Positions 17,365 to 28,300 of a stretch of DNA of 64,000 nucleotides are shown piece by piece. How positions within the stretch are numbered: the first letter of the stretch is position 1; each line of letters opens with the position of its first letter. Origin of the DNA: an uncultured Chloroflexia bacterium (GTDB lineage: Bacteria; Chloroflexota; Chloroflexia; Thermomicrobiales; UBA6265); assembly GCA_963724285.1 (NCBI GenBank), contig CAVRUD010000008.1, positions 6,302 through 70,301 on the forward strand, in the 5' to 3' direction. Made by a program: the position numbers and the translations under genes. The notes below the pieces were generated by a model. It searched no databases, was not told where the DNA came from, and saw only the letters and a list, made by a program, of their open reading frames with translations.

Positions 17365-19947
17365 TTACACGCAGCGGGCGACGTCCCAGAGTAACACCGT
17401 CGTGTCACTGAAGGCGGCCAGCATCGCGCCGTCCGGACTGAATACCACCTCCTGCACTGTATCCTCGAGGCCGGCGAGGGGCTCGCCGAGCGACTGGCCG
17501 GTCGCGGCGTCCCAGAGGACGACCGTCCCGTCGCCGTAGCCCGAGGCCAGCACGCGCCCGTCCGGGCTGAAGGCCGCCACGGGGAGCCCCTGACGAACCA
17601 AGAGGGGCTCGCCGAGGGGCTCGCCGGTGGCCACGTCCCAGAGGATGACCCTCCCGTCCGAGGAGGCCGAGGCCAGCGTGGCCCCGTCCGGGCTGAAGAT
17701 CAGAGCGGACACGCTGTCCGCAGGGTCGGCGGACGGCTCGTTGACCGGCTCGCCGGTGGCCACGTCCCAGAGGACGACCGTCCCGTCGGAGTAGCCCGAG
17801 GCCAGTGTCGCCCCGTCTGGGCTGAATACCACGGAGTACACCGCATCGGTGTGGCCGGCGAGCGGATCGCCCCGCTGCTGGCCCGTGGCCACGTCCCAGA
17901 GGACGACCGTCCCGTCGGAGTAGCCCGAGGCCAGCGTCGCCCCGTCCGGGCTGAATACCACCTGCAGCACCGCATCCCAACGACCGGCGAGGGGCTCGCC
18001 GAGCGGCTCGCCGGCGGCCACGTCCCAGAGGACGACCGTCCCGTCGTAGCCGCCCGAGGCCAGCACGCGCCCGTCCGGGCTGAAGGCTACGGTGTTCGCC
18101 CGGCTCTTCGCATAGCCGGTCGCCCGATCGCCAACACCGTGTCCGTCCAGGAACGGACGGTCCCATTGCTCCTGGCTGGCGACGTCCCAAAGGATGACCC
18201 CGGTGTTGGCGCCCGCGGCCAACGTCGCGCCGTCTGGGCTGAAGGCTACCTCTGCGAAGATGTCTTCGAAGCCCCCGTAGTCCGCGGTGTCGACCAGTAC
18301 CGCGGTTGGTGTCGACGAACCGCACCCGGTGGGTTCTTGCGTGGCCGACGTCGTGTTTGCCGAATCGGTGTCGCCTGAGGCGCCGGGCACTTCGGCCGCT
18401 TCGCTGACGAAGGTCGCCTCGCCGGTCCCCTCCGGCGCGACGGTGACGTCCTGCTCCCGCACCTCCGCCAGCTCGTGCCCCTCGGGAACGCTCTCCTGCC
18501 GGACGACGTAGTCGCCGGCCGGGACGTCGAAGAGGGTCATGTCCCCATCGCCGTTCGTGTCGCAGGCGCGCTCGTCGTAGCCGATGACGGCGTAGCAGGC
18601 GCCGGGGACCGGGTTCCCGTCCGGGTCCGTCGTGGAGGCGACCAGCGCGCCGGGCTCGGGCGCGTTCTCGACGTCGACGCGGGTGGTCTCGCCCGGCTCG
18701 ACGGCGATCGGCTGGTCCGGCCCGGCCTGGTGCCCGTCGGGCGCCTCGGTCTCGACGACGGCGTACTCGCCGGCCAGGACGCGGGTGAAGCGGACCTGAC
18801 CGTCGTCGTCGTCCGCGTCGGCGTCGTCGTCGTCGCAGATCGGCCCGTAGGCGGTCGGACCATCGAGGGCGAAGCACGCCCCGGAGAGCAGCTCGCCCGC
18901 CGGGTCGCGCGTGTTGACCAGGACGCTGCCGGTGGGCGGTTCGGGCGTCTCGGTGGGGGGCGGGGCCGTCGTCGCGGTCGCGGTGGGCGTCTCGGTCGGC
19001 GGCACGGGGGTCTCGGTCGGCGGCACTGTCGCGGTTGGCGTTGCGGTGGGCGGCACGGGCGTCTCGGTGGGCGGGACGGGCGTCGAAAGATCCTCGACCT
19101 CCCCCGGAACCACACCGTTCAGGAAGGGCCGGATCAGGTTGGCAGGGATCAGCCTCGCCCATTGACCGCCAAGGTCGCCCTGCTCGACGCTTCTCACGAT
19201 CCCGACGAGCCCGCCGCCCTCGGCGACCGCCGGCCCCCCGCTGCTGCCGAAGTCGGCCCCGATTCTGACCTGGATCTCTCCAATCTGGGAGCCGTCCTCC
19301 CGACGCGGAAAGCTGGTCACCCCGCCCTCGTCGTTCACCACCGGCCTCGCAAGCAGCTCCTCGGCGTCGTCGGTGCCAAGCCCGGGGAAGCCACTAATCC
19401 GTATCGCGTCGAACTGCCGGACGTCGTCCGAATCGCCGAGTTGGAGGTAATCCAACGTCGGCGTTTCGTCCAAGCGACCGCCGCTGGGACCTCCGACGAC
19501 GCGCAGCAGCGCGACGTCAAGGCGGCAATCCGACCCGTTTGCGACCTCCACGGCCGTGTAGAGCCGGATCGGTGGATCGAAGAGGCTGATCGGGACGTAC
19601 ACGAGGAATCCTGGCTGGATCGTGTAGGTGACAGTCCGGCCTTCGTCGGCAAGAAGTTCGTTCTGCTCGGTGTCGAGCCTGCTTCTCAGGTCGCCCAGGT
19701 CGAGGACGTGGCAGTTGGTCAGGATCAGCCCGCCGGAGCTGACCACGGCGCCGCTGCCCAACGGCACGGTCTCATGGGCGCGCTGAACCCCGTTCTCCTC
19801 GACGTAGACCTGGGCCGCGAGGAGGACCGTTGCCTTCCAGGCGTCGCCGAACGTCACGACCTCCTGCCCCAGAGCCGGTCTCGCGAGGGACCAAGCGAGG
19901 ACGACGAAGACAAGCACCATTCGTCTGCCAAGGTACGTCAACGGCAT
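17365..19947 (-). CDS. secreted multidomain protein: signal peptide, trypsin-like serine protease, Pro/Thr linker, two SpaA/Cna-B-like (prealbumin-fold) domains, WD40 beta-propeller
   Basis: Signal 'VLVFVVLAWSLARPALG'. Triad motifs 'TNCHV', 'DVALL', 'GSSGGP'. 'PPTETPVPPTATPTA...'. 'FTRVLAGEYAVVETEAPDGH' and 'FDVPAGDYVVRQESVPEGH'. Seven or more 'FSPDG..LASG..DGTVVLWDV' repeats. Confidence 0.85.
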   Translation of the reverse strand: MPLTYLGRRMVLVFVVLAWSLARPALGQEVVTFGDAWKATVLLAAQVYVEENGVQRAHETVPLGSGAVVSSGGLILTNCHVLDLGDLRSRLDTEQNELLADEGRTVTYTIQPGFLVYVPISLFDPPIRLYTAVEVANGSDCRLDVALLRVVGGPSGGRLDETPTLDYLQLGDSDDVRQFDAIRISGFPGLGTDDAEELLARPVVNDEGGVTSFPRREDGSQIGEIQVRIGADFGSSGGPAVAEGGGLVGIVRSVEQGDLGGQWARLIPANLIRPFLNGVVPGEVEDLSTPVPPTETPVPPTATPTATVPPTETPVPPTETPTATATTAPPPTETPEPPTGSVLVNTRDPAGELLSGACFALDGPTAYGPICDDDDADADDDDGQVRFTRVLAGEYAVVETEAPDGHQAGPDQPIAVEPGETTRVDVENAPEPGALVASTTDPDGNPVPGACYAVIGYDERACDTNGDGDMTLFDVPAGDYVVRQESVPEGHELAEVREQDVTVAPEGTGEATFVSEAAEVPGASGDTDSANTTSATQEPTGCGSSTPTAVLVDTADYGGFEDIFAEVAFSPDGATLAAGANTGVILWDVASQEQWDRPFLDGHGVGDRATGYAKSRANTVAFSPDGRVLASGGYDGTVVLWDVAAGEPLGEPLAGRWDAVLQVVFSPDGATLASGYSDGTVVLWDVATGQQRGDPLAGHTDAVYSVVFSPDGATLASGYSDGTVVLWDVATGEPVNEPSADPADSVSALIFSPDGATLASASSDGRVILWDVATGEPLGEPLLVRQGLPVAAFSPDGRVLASGYGDGTVVLWDAATGQSLGEPLAGLEDTVQEVVFSPDGAMLAAFSDTTVLLWDVARCV

Positions 19948-19956
19948 GGTCGCCCC

Positions 19957-22162
19957 CTACTCGTCGACGACCTCGAAGCGGAGGAACTCCCCGCCGACCT
20001 GGGCGTAGATGACGGTTACGTTCGGGAATGGCTCGTCCGCCGCGAAAAACACCGGGAATCCGTCGATGCATCGTGAATCGGACAAGCGAGCCGGCGTCGA
20101 CCTCGGTGTCGGATCCCGAAAACCGCAGCTGGATCGGCGTCCCGTTAGGGAGCGTGGTAGAGAGATCCTCCGGGAGCGAGTCGGGTAGCCCGGCGTCGTC
20201 GAGGAGGACATAGCGCTGCAAACCGTCCGGACTTTCAATGAACAGCTCCGGGAAGGGCTGTTCGTCCGTGTTGGTATAGACTGGCTCTCCCTCTCCGGTG
20301 GTCCCGACCTCGAGCAAGTCGGCCGGCGTTCGCTCCGTCTCGATGCCGGCGAACGCGTAGTTTGCTTCCCCCGCCGTCAACTGCCCGAGATCCAAGGACT
20401 CGGCATCGCACGGGGCGATGCCAATTTGGTTATCCGGGCTCTCTGAGGCGGGTGAGGTCACGTCGGCCTCCCCGGTCGTGCTGGGCGTGGCGAATATGCT
20501 GAGGTCGGTCAGGAGTTGGGACAGCGCGGCATCCAGTTCCTCGGCGTTCTGGGCGCCGAGGAGCACGCCGCCGCCGTTGTCGGCGATGCACTGCAGGATC
20601 GCCAGCTCGTCCTGGGCCAGGCCCAGTCCAACGACGTTTACCTGGACGCCCTTGTCGCCCTCGAAGAGCTCGGTGGCAGCGTCGCACGGAGCCTGAACAT
20701 CGTCGTCGCAGGTCTCGAGGCCGTCCGTCACGAGGATGATCGCGTTGGTGATGTCTTCGGCGTCGTCCGGAAAGTCCTCGACCGCGCGCTCCAGAGAGAG
20801 CGCCATGGGTGTCCAACCGACCGGCTCGTAGGAATCAACCTGACTCTGGAGCGCCTCCTTGTCGACGCCTTCGATCGGCACGAGGAGCTCGCTGCTCTGG
20901 CAGCTCTCGGCGCGGCCGGCTGCGGTGTTGTCCGCTTCGTGGCCGAAGACCCGGAAGCCGACGTTGATGTTCGGCTGGTCGTCTGGGATCTGCGTGATGA
21001 CATCCGTCAGGACGCGCTTGGCGGCGTCGATCCTCGGCTCGCCCGTGGTCGTTTCTTCGGCCATCGAGCCAGAGGAATCGAGGATCAGCTCGACGTTGAC
21101 GGTATCCGTAGCGATCGCCTCCGGCTGCGGTGTCTCGGTGGGCGGTTCGGGCGCCTCGGTGGGCGGGGCGGGGGTATCGGTCGGCGGCGGTTCGGGCGTC
21201 TCGGTCGGTGGAGGGGCCGTCGTCGCGGTCGCGGTTGGCGTTGCGGCGGGCGGGGCGGGCGTCTCGGTGGGCGGGGTTGCGAACGGAGTGGCGTACAGGT
21301 CGGGCCGGACCCGCTCAAGCAGCGGGCGTGCCGAGTCGATGGGGATGACCTTCGTCCAGCGACTCCCGAGATCCCCCTCCTCGACGCCCCGGACGACGCC
21401 CACTAGCTCGCCCGAGGCGTCCACCGCCGGGCCGCCGCTGCTGCCATGGTCGGACTGGGCATCCACCCACATGACGCCGCCTTCGAACCGGTTGACTTCT
21501 CCCTCGTCGAACGTGACGGAGCGACCGAACGCGGTCGCGGTTCCGACGTCCGGGTAGCCATAGACGCGGAGGTCGTCGAGGGGGTTGACCGTCTCCGAAT
21601 CCCCGATCGGTAGGAAGGCCATGTCGGGCGCTGCGTTTAGACGACCGCCGAACGGGCCGCCCGTCACCTCGAGCACCGCCAGGTCCTGTGCGCAGTCGCG
21701 GTCAAGGACGGTCGCCGTGTACCGCAGTTGCGGGGGATCCTCGAAACTGACCGGCACGTAGACCTGGAAGATCGCGTCCGGCTCGAAGACCACCTCCCGG
21801 CCCTCTAACTCCTTGAGGCCGCCGGCTTCGGTCGCGAGTTCGCTCTCTAGTTCCGTCAGGTCGACGACGTGGCAGTTAGTCAAGATCAGGCCGTCGGCGG
21901 TGATCACCGCGCCGCTACCCAGCGGCTCCTGCCGGCCCGGCGCCGGCTGCCCGGACTCGGTGACGGAGATGTTGACCGCGAGCAGCACTGTCGCCGTCCA
22001 GGCGCTGTCGACCGTTGCCGCCTCCTGGCCGCCAACAGGGCGGCCGGCCGGGCTGGCGAGGAGCAGCGTAATCATGGGGATCAACAGCGCCATGGCGCCC
22101 AGTTGCAGAAGGCGGGGTTTCGGTCTTTTCAGCGATAAGAACGACGTGTCGCCTGCAGCCAT
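19957..22162 (-). pseudogene. secreted trypsin-like protease, Pro/Thr linker, vWA domain and C-terminal domain; one frameshift near 20080 (or an assembly indel)
   Basis: 'TNCHV', 'DLAVL', 'GSSGGP'. vWA MIDAS 'DSSGSM...GWTPMA...LVTDGLETC'. Frame A turns into Arg-rich junk after 'EVDAGSLV'. Frame B gives 'CIDGFPVFFAADEPFPNVTVIYAQVGGEFLRFEVVDE*', stopping 7 nt before the next gene's ATG. Confidence 0.8.
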
Positions 22163-23109
22163 CACTCCCCCTCGCACTGCGCCCGGGGCACGCCAGCGTC
22201 CGGGACCGCGGGCGACGGCGTCGCCGACGAGGCCGAGAGCCACAACGGTCGCCCCTCCGGCAGTGCGCCGGCCACCAAGACCACCGTGGCCGGTTCCGCC
22301 GCTTGGACCGAGTGGGTTTCGAAGGCCGGGAACAGCCGGCAGCTTCCCTCGCGCAACTCGGCGAGTTCGTCAACCCGGAGCCGCCCGTGCAGCACCGACA
22401 CGGCCACCGGTCCGGGAGAACGGTAGTGCCCCGCGTCGGCCTGGACGTCTGTCCACGACGCGCACGCGAAGAAAAGGCTGAGGCCGGTCGTCGGGAGTGT
22501 ACCGACCTGACCGCTCACGTACACGCGACTATCGAGGCTGCCCTCCGGTGCCGCCGATTCCATCAGGTTGACGTCCGCCTGCCCGCCGGAGTAACCGACC
22601 TCGCTTTCGCGGTCCGACGGCACCAATGCGAGTCGGAGCAGGACCAGCGGCTCCGCCGCCGGGTTCTGGTACCGGTAGAACTGACCGGTCTGCACGAACG
22701 GCGACCCACCGGCGGCGTGCTCGGACGGCTCCCCGTTGACCGAGAACCGGACCGCCCCGCTGACGACGTGGTAGAGCAAAGGGCCGGCGGCGAGCAGTTG
22801 CTCAGTCACGGCTCCAGGCGTCAAGCGGACGTGGCGGACGGTCAGGACCAGGGGCGACCCTTGGCGCGGCAAGTCGTCGACGGCGCCGGAGCCGAGGAGC
22901 ACGACGTCGCTCCCGTCCGGTTTGCCCGTGACCAAGTCTGGTTCCTTTGCCCCCGCGGCTGGTGCGCTCGACGGCGGCGCGGCGGGCGCGCATGCGCCGA
23001 GGAGATCGGTGGGCAGCAAGCCGCTGGCCTCTTCCTGACCCAGCGCGAACGCCCCGTTGAGCAGCGCCAAAGCGAACGAAAGGACGACGGCTCGTGCCGG
23101 CATGATCAT
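22162..23109 (-). CDS. secreted hypothetical protein with two cupin-like halves
   Basis: Signal 'AVVLSFALALLNGAFALG'. 'LTVRHVRLTPGAV...YHVVSGAVRFSVNG' and 'VAVSVLHGRLRV'. Its TGA overlaps the downstream ATG by 1 nt (22162). Confidence 0.6.
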   Translation of the reverse strand: MIMPARAVVLSFALALLNGAFALGQEEASGLLPTDLLGACAPAAPPSSAPAAGAKEPDLVTGKPDGSDVVLLGSGAVDDLPRQGSPLVLTVRHVRLTPGAVTEQLLAAGPLLYHVVSGAVRFSVNGEPSEHAAGGSPFVQTGQFYRYQNPAAEPLVLLRLALVPSDRESEVGYSGGQADVNLMESAAPEGSLDSRVYVSGQVGTLPTTGLSLFFACASWTDVQADAGHYRSPGPVAVSVLHGRLRVDELAELREGSCRLFPAFETHSVQAAEPATVVLVAGALPEGRPLWLSASSATPSPAVPDAGVPRAQCEGE

Positions 23110-23154
23110 CCTCCCCGGTGGCGTCCCACCCTCGTCGGATTGCGTCCCCCGGGG

Positions 23155-23790
23155 CTACCGGTCGACGGCGGTCGCCGACGGTGCCGGTATCCCGAGGCAG
23201 GCCGGGTTGCCCGGGTCGTCGGGGTCGAACGGGGCGGTGTCGGCGAGGTCGAGCACGTGGGTGCCTTCCAGCCCCGCCGCGTCTGCCTCGTCGCCCCCTC
23301 GGTCGGGGACAGCCACCACCCGGACGATCACGCACTCCGGGTATTCCATCGGCGCCTCGGTGGATACCAGCGCGGTGATGCGGTCCGACCGGGTGTCGAA
23401 GTCGATGGTTCCCCACCGGACTGGCGTATCCAGCCGGCGCCGGGTCAGCGGGTCCAGTGTCATCCACTCCAGCGCGACCGGCTGCTCGCCGTCGTCGTAG
23501 CCCTTCGCCTCCACCTCCACGGCGACGACGTTGCTGACGACCTGGTCGGCGCCGATCCGCTGTTCGACGAAGGCGGCGTCGGTGATTTGGACACTCCGTT
23601 CCAAGGCCGGCCCCAGGCCCTTCAGTTCCGGGTAGAGCAGAAAAACGACGGTCAGGAGCGTCGCGAGGGGCGTGACCAACCCCAGCCCCTCCCTGATCAC
23701 CGGCCACATCTTTGGTCCGACGGAGGGCGCGCCGTCCGCATCGGCTCCACCCTGGCGAGGAGACCCGGAACCGCCCGCGCCAGCAGCCAC
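23155..23790 (-). CDS. hypothetical single-pass membrane protein (first gene of the protease operon?)
   Basis: TM 'GLGLVTPLATLLTVVFLLY'. The likely start is 'MWPVIREG' at 23709. No recognisable domain. Confidence 0.45.
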   Translation of the reverse strand: MAAGAGGSGSPRQGGADADGAPSVGPKMWPVIREGLGLVTPLATLLTVVFLLYPELKGLGPALERSVQITDAAFVEQRIGADQVVSNVVAVEVEAKGYDDGEQPVALEWMTLDPLTRRRLDTPVRWGTIDFDTRSDRITALVSTEAPMEYPECVIVRVVAVPDRGGDEADAAGLEGTHVLDLADTAPFDPDDPGNPACLGIPAPSATAVDR

Positions 23791-24565
23791 GCGCCGATCA
23801 CCCCCTGCACGATGGCCTCACGAATAGATTTGATGCTTGTTCGTATCCTACTACAGCGCACCGTCGTCAACAGCCGTACGGGCCATTGTTTGGTGGGCAA
23901 TCGCGTTTGGCGGAATGATGTCAGCGGAGCGGGGCAGGACCGCGGGCCGGGGTGCCGCCTGCCACCCGCGTCCGGCGGTCCCACCCCGCCAAATGCGATT
24001 GCCCTCGCCATGATTGCTGGGCCGGCTCGGGACGAAGAGGCAAACCCACCTTCAACTGCAACGAACGCAACCGCGAGACCGGGCGAGGCGGGTAACGCTT
24101 CAGATAACCAGCCGCCGAGGCATCCCAACTTGGGCAGTTCCGCCATCTTCTATCGCGAGTGGACAGGAAAGGCTGGGCAGTCCGCCGTCGCGACCGGGGG
24201 TACGGTAAACGCGGTGGGCTGCCAAGCTTCTGCTCAATCGTTATTCCCGCGGGGACGCTCCAGATACCTCGGTCGCTAACGCAGACCATGAGATAGAAAA
24301 CAGCATCGAGAAGTGAAGCACGATGCTTTCTCCATCAAACATACATAGTACTTTTGGCATAGTTGACTTTTATGGCAAGAGGACTACCATCGGGGAACCA
24401 GTATCTCAATAAGGAGGGTCCACGAAGCGAGCGAACGGTCGTCCCCGCCCGCTCCTCGTTTGCATGAACGTGTTAAGGAGACTCGTTGCTTGTGCTGTTC
24501 GCGCGACGGCGAGCAGGATGATGCCCGATTGTGCCCGCATGTGAGGCAGGTAAAGGAGATACCTT

Positions 24566-25355
24566 GTGGCGAAGCGAGCGCTGTGCGCCGGGATCAACGA
24601 CTACCCGTATGAGGACAGTGATCTCAACGGCTGCGTCAACGACGCCCAGGCCTGGGCGGAGATGCTGACGCAGCACTTCGACTTTCCGATCGACGACGTC
24701 CGCGATCATCACCGACGCCGAGGCGACGAAAAAAGGAATCCTGACCGAACTGAAAGCGCTGCTCAAGGGGGCAAAGAAGGGCGACGTCCTCGTCTTTACC
24801 AACTCCTCGCACGGGTCGTATCTGCTCGACCGGAGCGGGGACGAGATGAAGTACGACCAGGTCCTCTGCCCGCACGACATCGCCGACAACGTGATCCTCG
24901 ACGACGAGCTGCGCGAGCTCTTCGCCGCGACACCGAGCGGCGTCCAGCTCGTCGCGCTCCTGGACAATTGCCATTCCGGTGGTGGAACGCGGCTGCCGAC
25001 AAAGACAAGGCGGCGCCGTTTCCTCGATCCCGAGAAACGCGGTGACCCGACGCTTCCCGACGACGCTGTTGGCTCGCCCACCACGGGCGCCGAGAACTAC
25101 CCGGAGTCGGGCATGCGGGAGATCTTGCTGAGCGGCTGCATGGCCCACGAGTCCTCCTACGACGACCTGATCGGTGGCCGCTACCACGGTGCTATGACCT
25201 ACTACGCGCTCGAGACGATCCGGAACGCCGACTATAGGCTGACCTATACGCAACTGCACAATCGACTGGGCAGAGTGCTGACCGATGAGCGCTACGACCA
25301 GCATCCCCAGTTGGAAGGAACGGACGAGAATAAGGCGCGGCAGGTCTTCGCCTGA
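24566..25355 (+). pseudogene. peptidase C14 caspase-like protease, 1-nt frameshift near 24704
   Basis: 'KRALCAGINDYPYEDSDLNGCVNDAQAWAEML' (frame of 24566). Then 'IITDAEATKKGI...GDVLVFTNSSHGS...VALLDNCHSGG' (frame of 24846), which carries the His/Cys dyad. AGGAG RBS 8 nt before the GTG. Confidence 0.8.
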
Positions 25356-25387
25356 CGAGTGGGATCCGACGGCTGGCCTGACGCTGA

Positions 25388-28300
25388 TTGGATGAAGGCA
25401 TGACCCGCGATCGGGGGATCATCGACCGCCTCGAGGAGGCGGACGCGGACGAGTTAGCGGAGATCCTGCTCGGGGCCGGGCGCGCCGAGCAATCGGATCT
25501 GTCTGCTCACCTCGGCAAGGAACGCTTCCACCGGATGCGCTCCCTGGCGTTGCAGCGGCCGAGGTCACGATCGGCCGCGACTGCCGTTTGGGGGAACGTG
25601 GTCGTCCTGCACGGTTTCTTGGGCAGTTCGCTGACTGCCTACGACCGACCGGAGGGCGACGAGCAGATCTGGATCGATGTCCGGCGGATTGGGCTGGGGC
25701 AGCTCTCGCTGCTGCGGCTCGGGCCGGACGGTCGTTCGCCCTACCACCCGGGCACCGATATCCGCGCAAGCGGCATCATGAAACGCACCTACGGGGAGCA
25801 GCTCCTCGCCCTCGCGAAGAATTGGACGGTCCGCGCATTCCCGTTCGATTGGCGCAGGGACGTGGACTCGGCCGCGGACGAGTTGAACTCCCAGCTCAAT
25901 GACTGGTTCGCGGCCGGTGACCCTGTCCACCTGATCGCGCACGGCATGGGTGGGTTGGTCGCCAGGGCATTCATCCGCAAGTACCCGGCTCGGTGGCGAT
26001 CGATGTGGGACCATCCGGGCGCCGGGAAGCGGGGCGGGCGCCTCATCATGCTCGGGACGCCCAACCACGGGTCATTCGCGATCCCCCAGACGATCGTGGG
26101 GATCGAACCGATCGTCATCAAGCTCGCCGTTCTTGACCGGCGCAACGATCTCAACGGCCTGCTCACCATCATTAACTCCTTCGTCGGGATCTATCAGATG
26201 CTCCCGTCGCCGCTGGTGCTGCCGGCGATGGAACGTCTCTATCAGGCTGAGACCTACGGCAATCTCGGTGTGCCCCAGGTGCCCCAGGCGCACCTGTCCG
26301 CGGCTCTCCGTCACCACGAGCGACTCGCCGACGTTATCGAGCCAGACCGGATGATCAACGTTTTGGGGAACGATCAGCCCACCTTCTCGAACATCACCCG
26401 ATTCGAGGGTCTTAAAGACGTGGCATCGTACGGCGTCACCCCCATGGGTGATGGCCGCGTGACGCATCAGCTTGCCCAATTGACGGGCGTGAGCGCCTAC
26501 TTCGTCGACGACGACAGCGGCGACCTACCCTCGAATGGCAGGGTCATCGCCGCTCTCGACGACCTGCTCACGACCGGCAAGACAGGTCGGTTACGGCCTG
26601 GATCAACCACGATCCGTTCGCGCTGGGGTTCCCAGTTGGAGCGTGAGGCCCGCGAACGGCTCGTGCAAGAGGTGGGGACGCACCGAACGAAGCTGGGATC
26701 GCTCCTCGATTACTCCAGGGCGTGGCGCACGATCGTCGAGGATCGTCCCTCGACACGCCGAAGGGCCGGCGATCGTAGTGGTCCGGGGCTGGATGAACCG
26801 GACGACGCGTTCGCGGAGGAGCCGGAGATCGTCGAGGTGCTGACGCATGGGGTCCTCGCCTCTCGGGGCGGGCCCAAAGTCGATTTCGCGAACCCGCGAA
26901 GTACCTCTGAGCCGCCGACGATCGAGTTCCAAATCTTTGGAGGCAGCATCGACGAGCTGGACCTGGTCAATACCGGGCCCGTCGGACCCTCCGAGCGATC
27001 ACTCGAAGAGATCCGCCAGTTGGAAGCGCAAGGGGGAGTGCCAGAGTGCCCCATCGACGTGATCGCCGTGGGTCACTACGAGAGAACCCGGCCCGAGGGG
27101 GCCGAGCTCGTGCTCGACAGGGCCATCAGCGGCGTCGTTCCCGGCAGACCCGATGATCTACGCGGCCGGTCGTCGGATTCCAATTTGCTTCTGACGCTCT
27201 TCGCCGAGCGGGGCACCATCCGCGGTGAACTTGGCCAGGTTTTCCTGCTGCCCGATCCGCGACGCGCGTCGACGCGCGGAGCCGTAGCGCGCTGCAATCG
27301 TGATATCGCCGTTGTCGGACTGGGCGTCCCCGGCCGGTTCGGCGCTCCGGAGCTGAAGGTCCTTGCGCGTGAGCTCTGCTGGACACTAGGCAGGATGGGG
27401 AAGCGGCACCTGGCTACGGTCTTGATCGGGTCCGGTGTCGGGAATATCGATGCCGGCGAAGCGACTTCGGCATGGATCGCCGGGATCAAGAATGCGTTGA
27501 CCGGATCGACCATGGACGACGACCGAAAGCTGCGCCGGGTGACGTTCGTCGAACGCGACCCGGACAAGATCCTCGCCATGGCGGCCGCAATCGTGAACGA
27601 ACAGGAACAGTTGCGCACGCGAGATCGCATGAGAATATCCTTCGCGCAACCCCCCGCCGAACGGATGAAACGCATTCGCAGGTGGTGGACATCCACGAAG
27701 CAGCAGGAGGAGAAGGAACGAGATGAGCTCCTTTCAATGATCCATCCCAGCTGCCTCCGACCTGGCTGACGGTCACGGTCGGAAAGGAAGGGTATCGGTA
27801 CGGCGCCATCACCGATACCGCGTCGATTCCTGAGCGAGAAGTCCCCCTCAACGTGGCGCGGATTCACAAGGCTAACGACAACCTGGCGGCGGCGCCGGAT
27901 CTCGGCCTCCAACTGGAGCACGGGCTCTTCCTCAAGAAGCTGGCGCTACCGAGGGACCTGACCGGTCATCTTGCGACCGCGGCGCCGCTCGTCTTGATGC
28001 TTGACGCGGCAACGGCGCGGGTCCACTGGGAAATGATGGCGCAACCTGACCCGTTCGATCGTTCGGACGGATTCGACGTTCCGGACGATGACATGGTTGA
28101 CGGGGCTGGAGACGCCCACGCAGAGGAGACCATCGAGCGGTTCCTCGGGATCACGCGCGGAGTTACGCGCCAGTTGCGCACGGCGTTTGCTCCGCCTCCG
28201 GACCCACCCCCACCCCCGCGGCGGCGACTGCGGGTCCTGATCGTGGCCGATCCGGCCGAGGACGACCCGTTGGAAGGAGCCCAGGAAGAAGGAGCCGCGG

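Noticed and set aside
22162-23109. Bacterial gasdermin-like substrate next to the trypsin-like, caspase-like and CHAT proteases.
   Set aside because: The only ~300-aa candidate has a clear signal peptide and cupin-like halves. No ~250-aa leaderless ORF lies adjacent to the caspase/CHAT pair.
23800-24290. An additional gene upstream of the protease operon (minus-strand ORFs 23697..24146 and 23921..24289).
   Set aside because: The translations lack motifs and are partly Arg/Pro-rich. A possible frameshifted extension of the 23155..23790 gene cannot be supported from the sequence alone.
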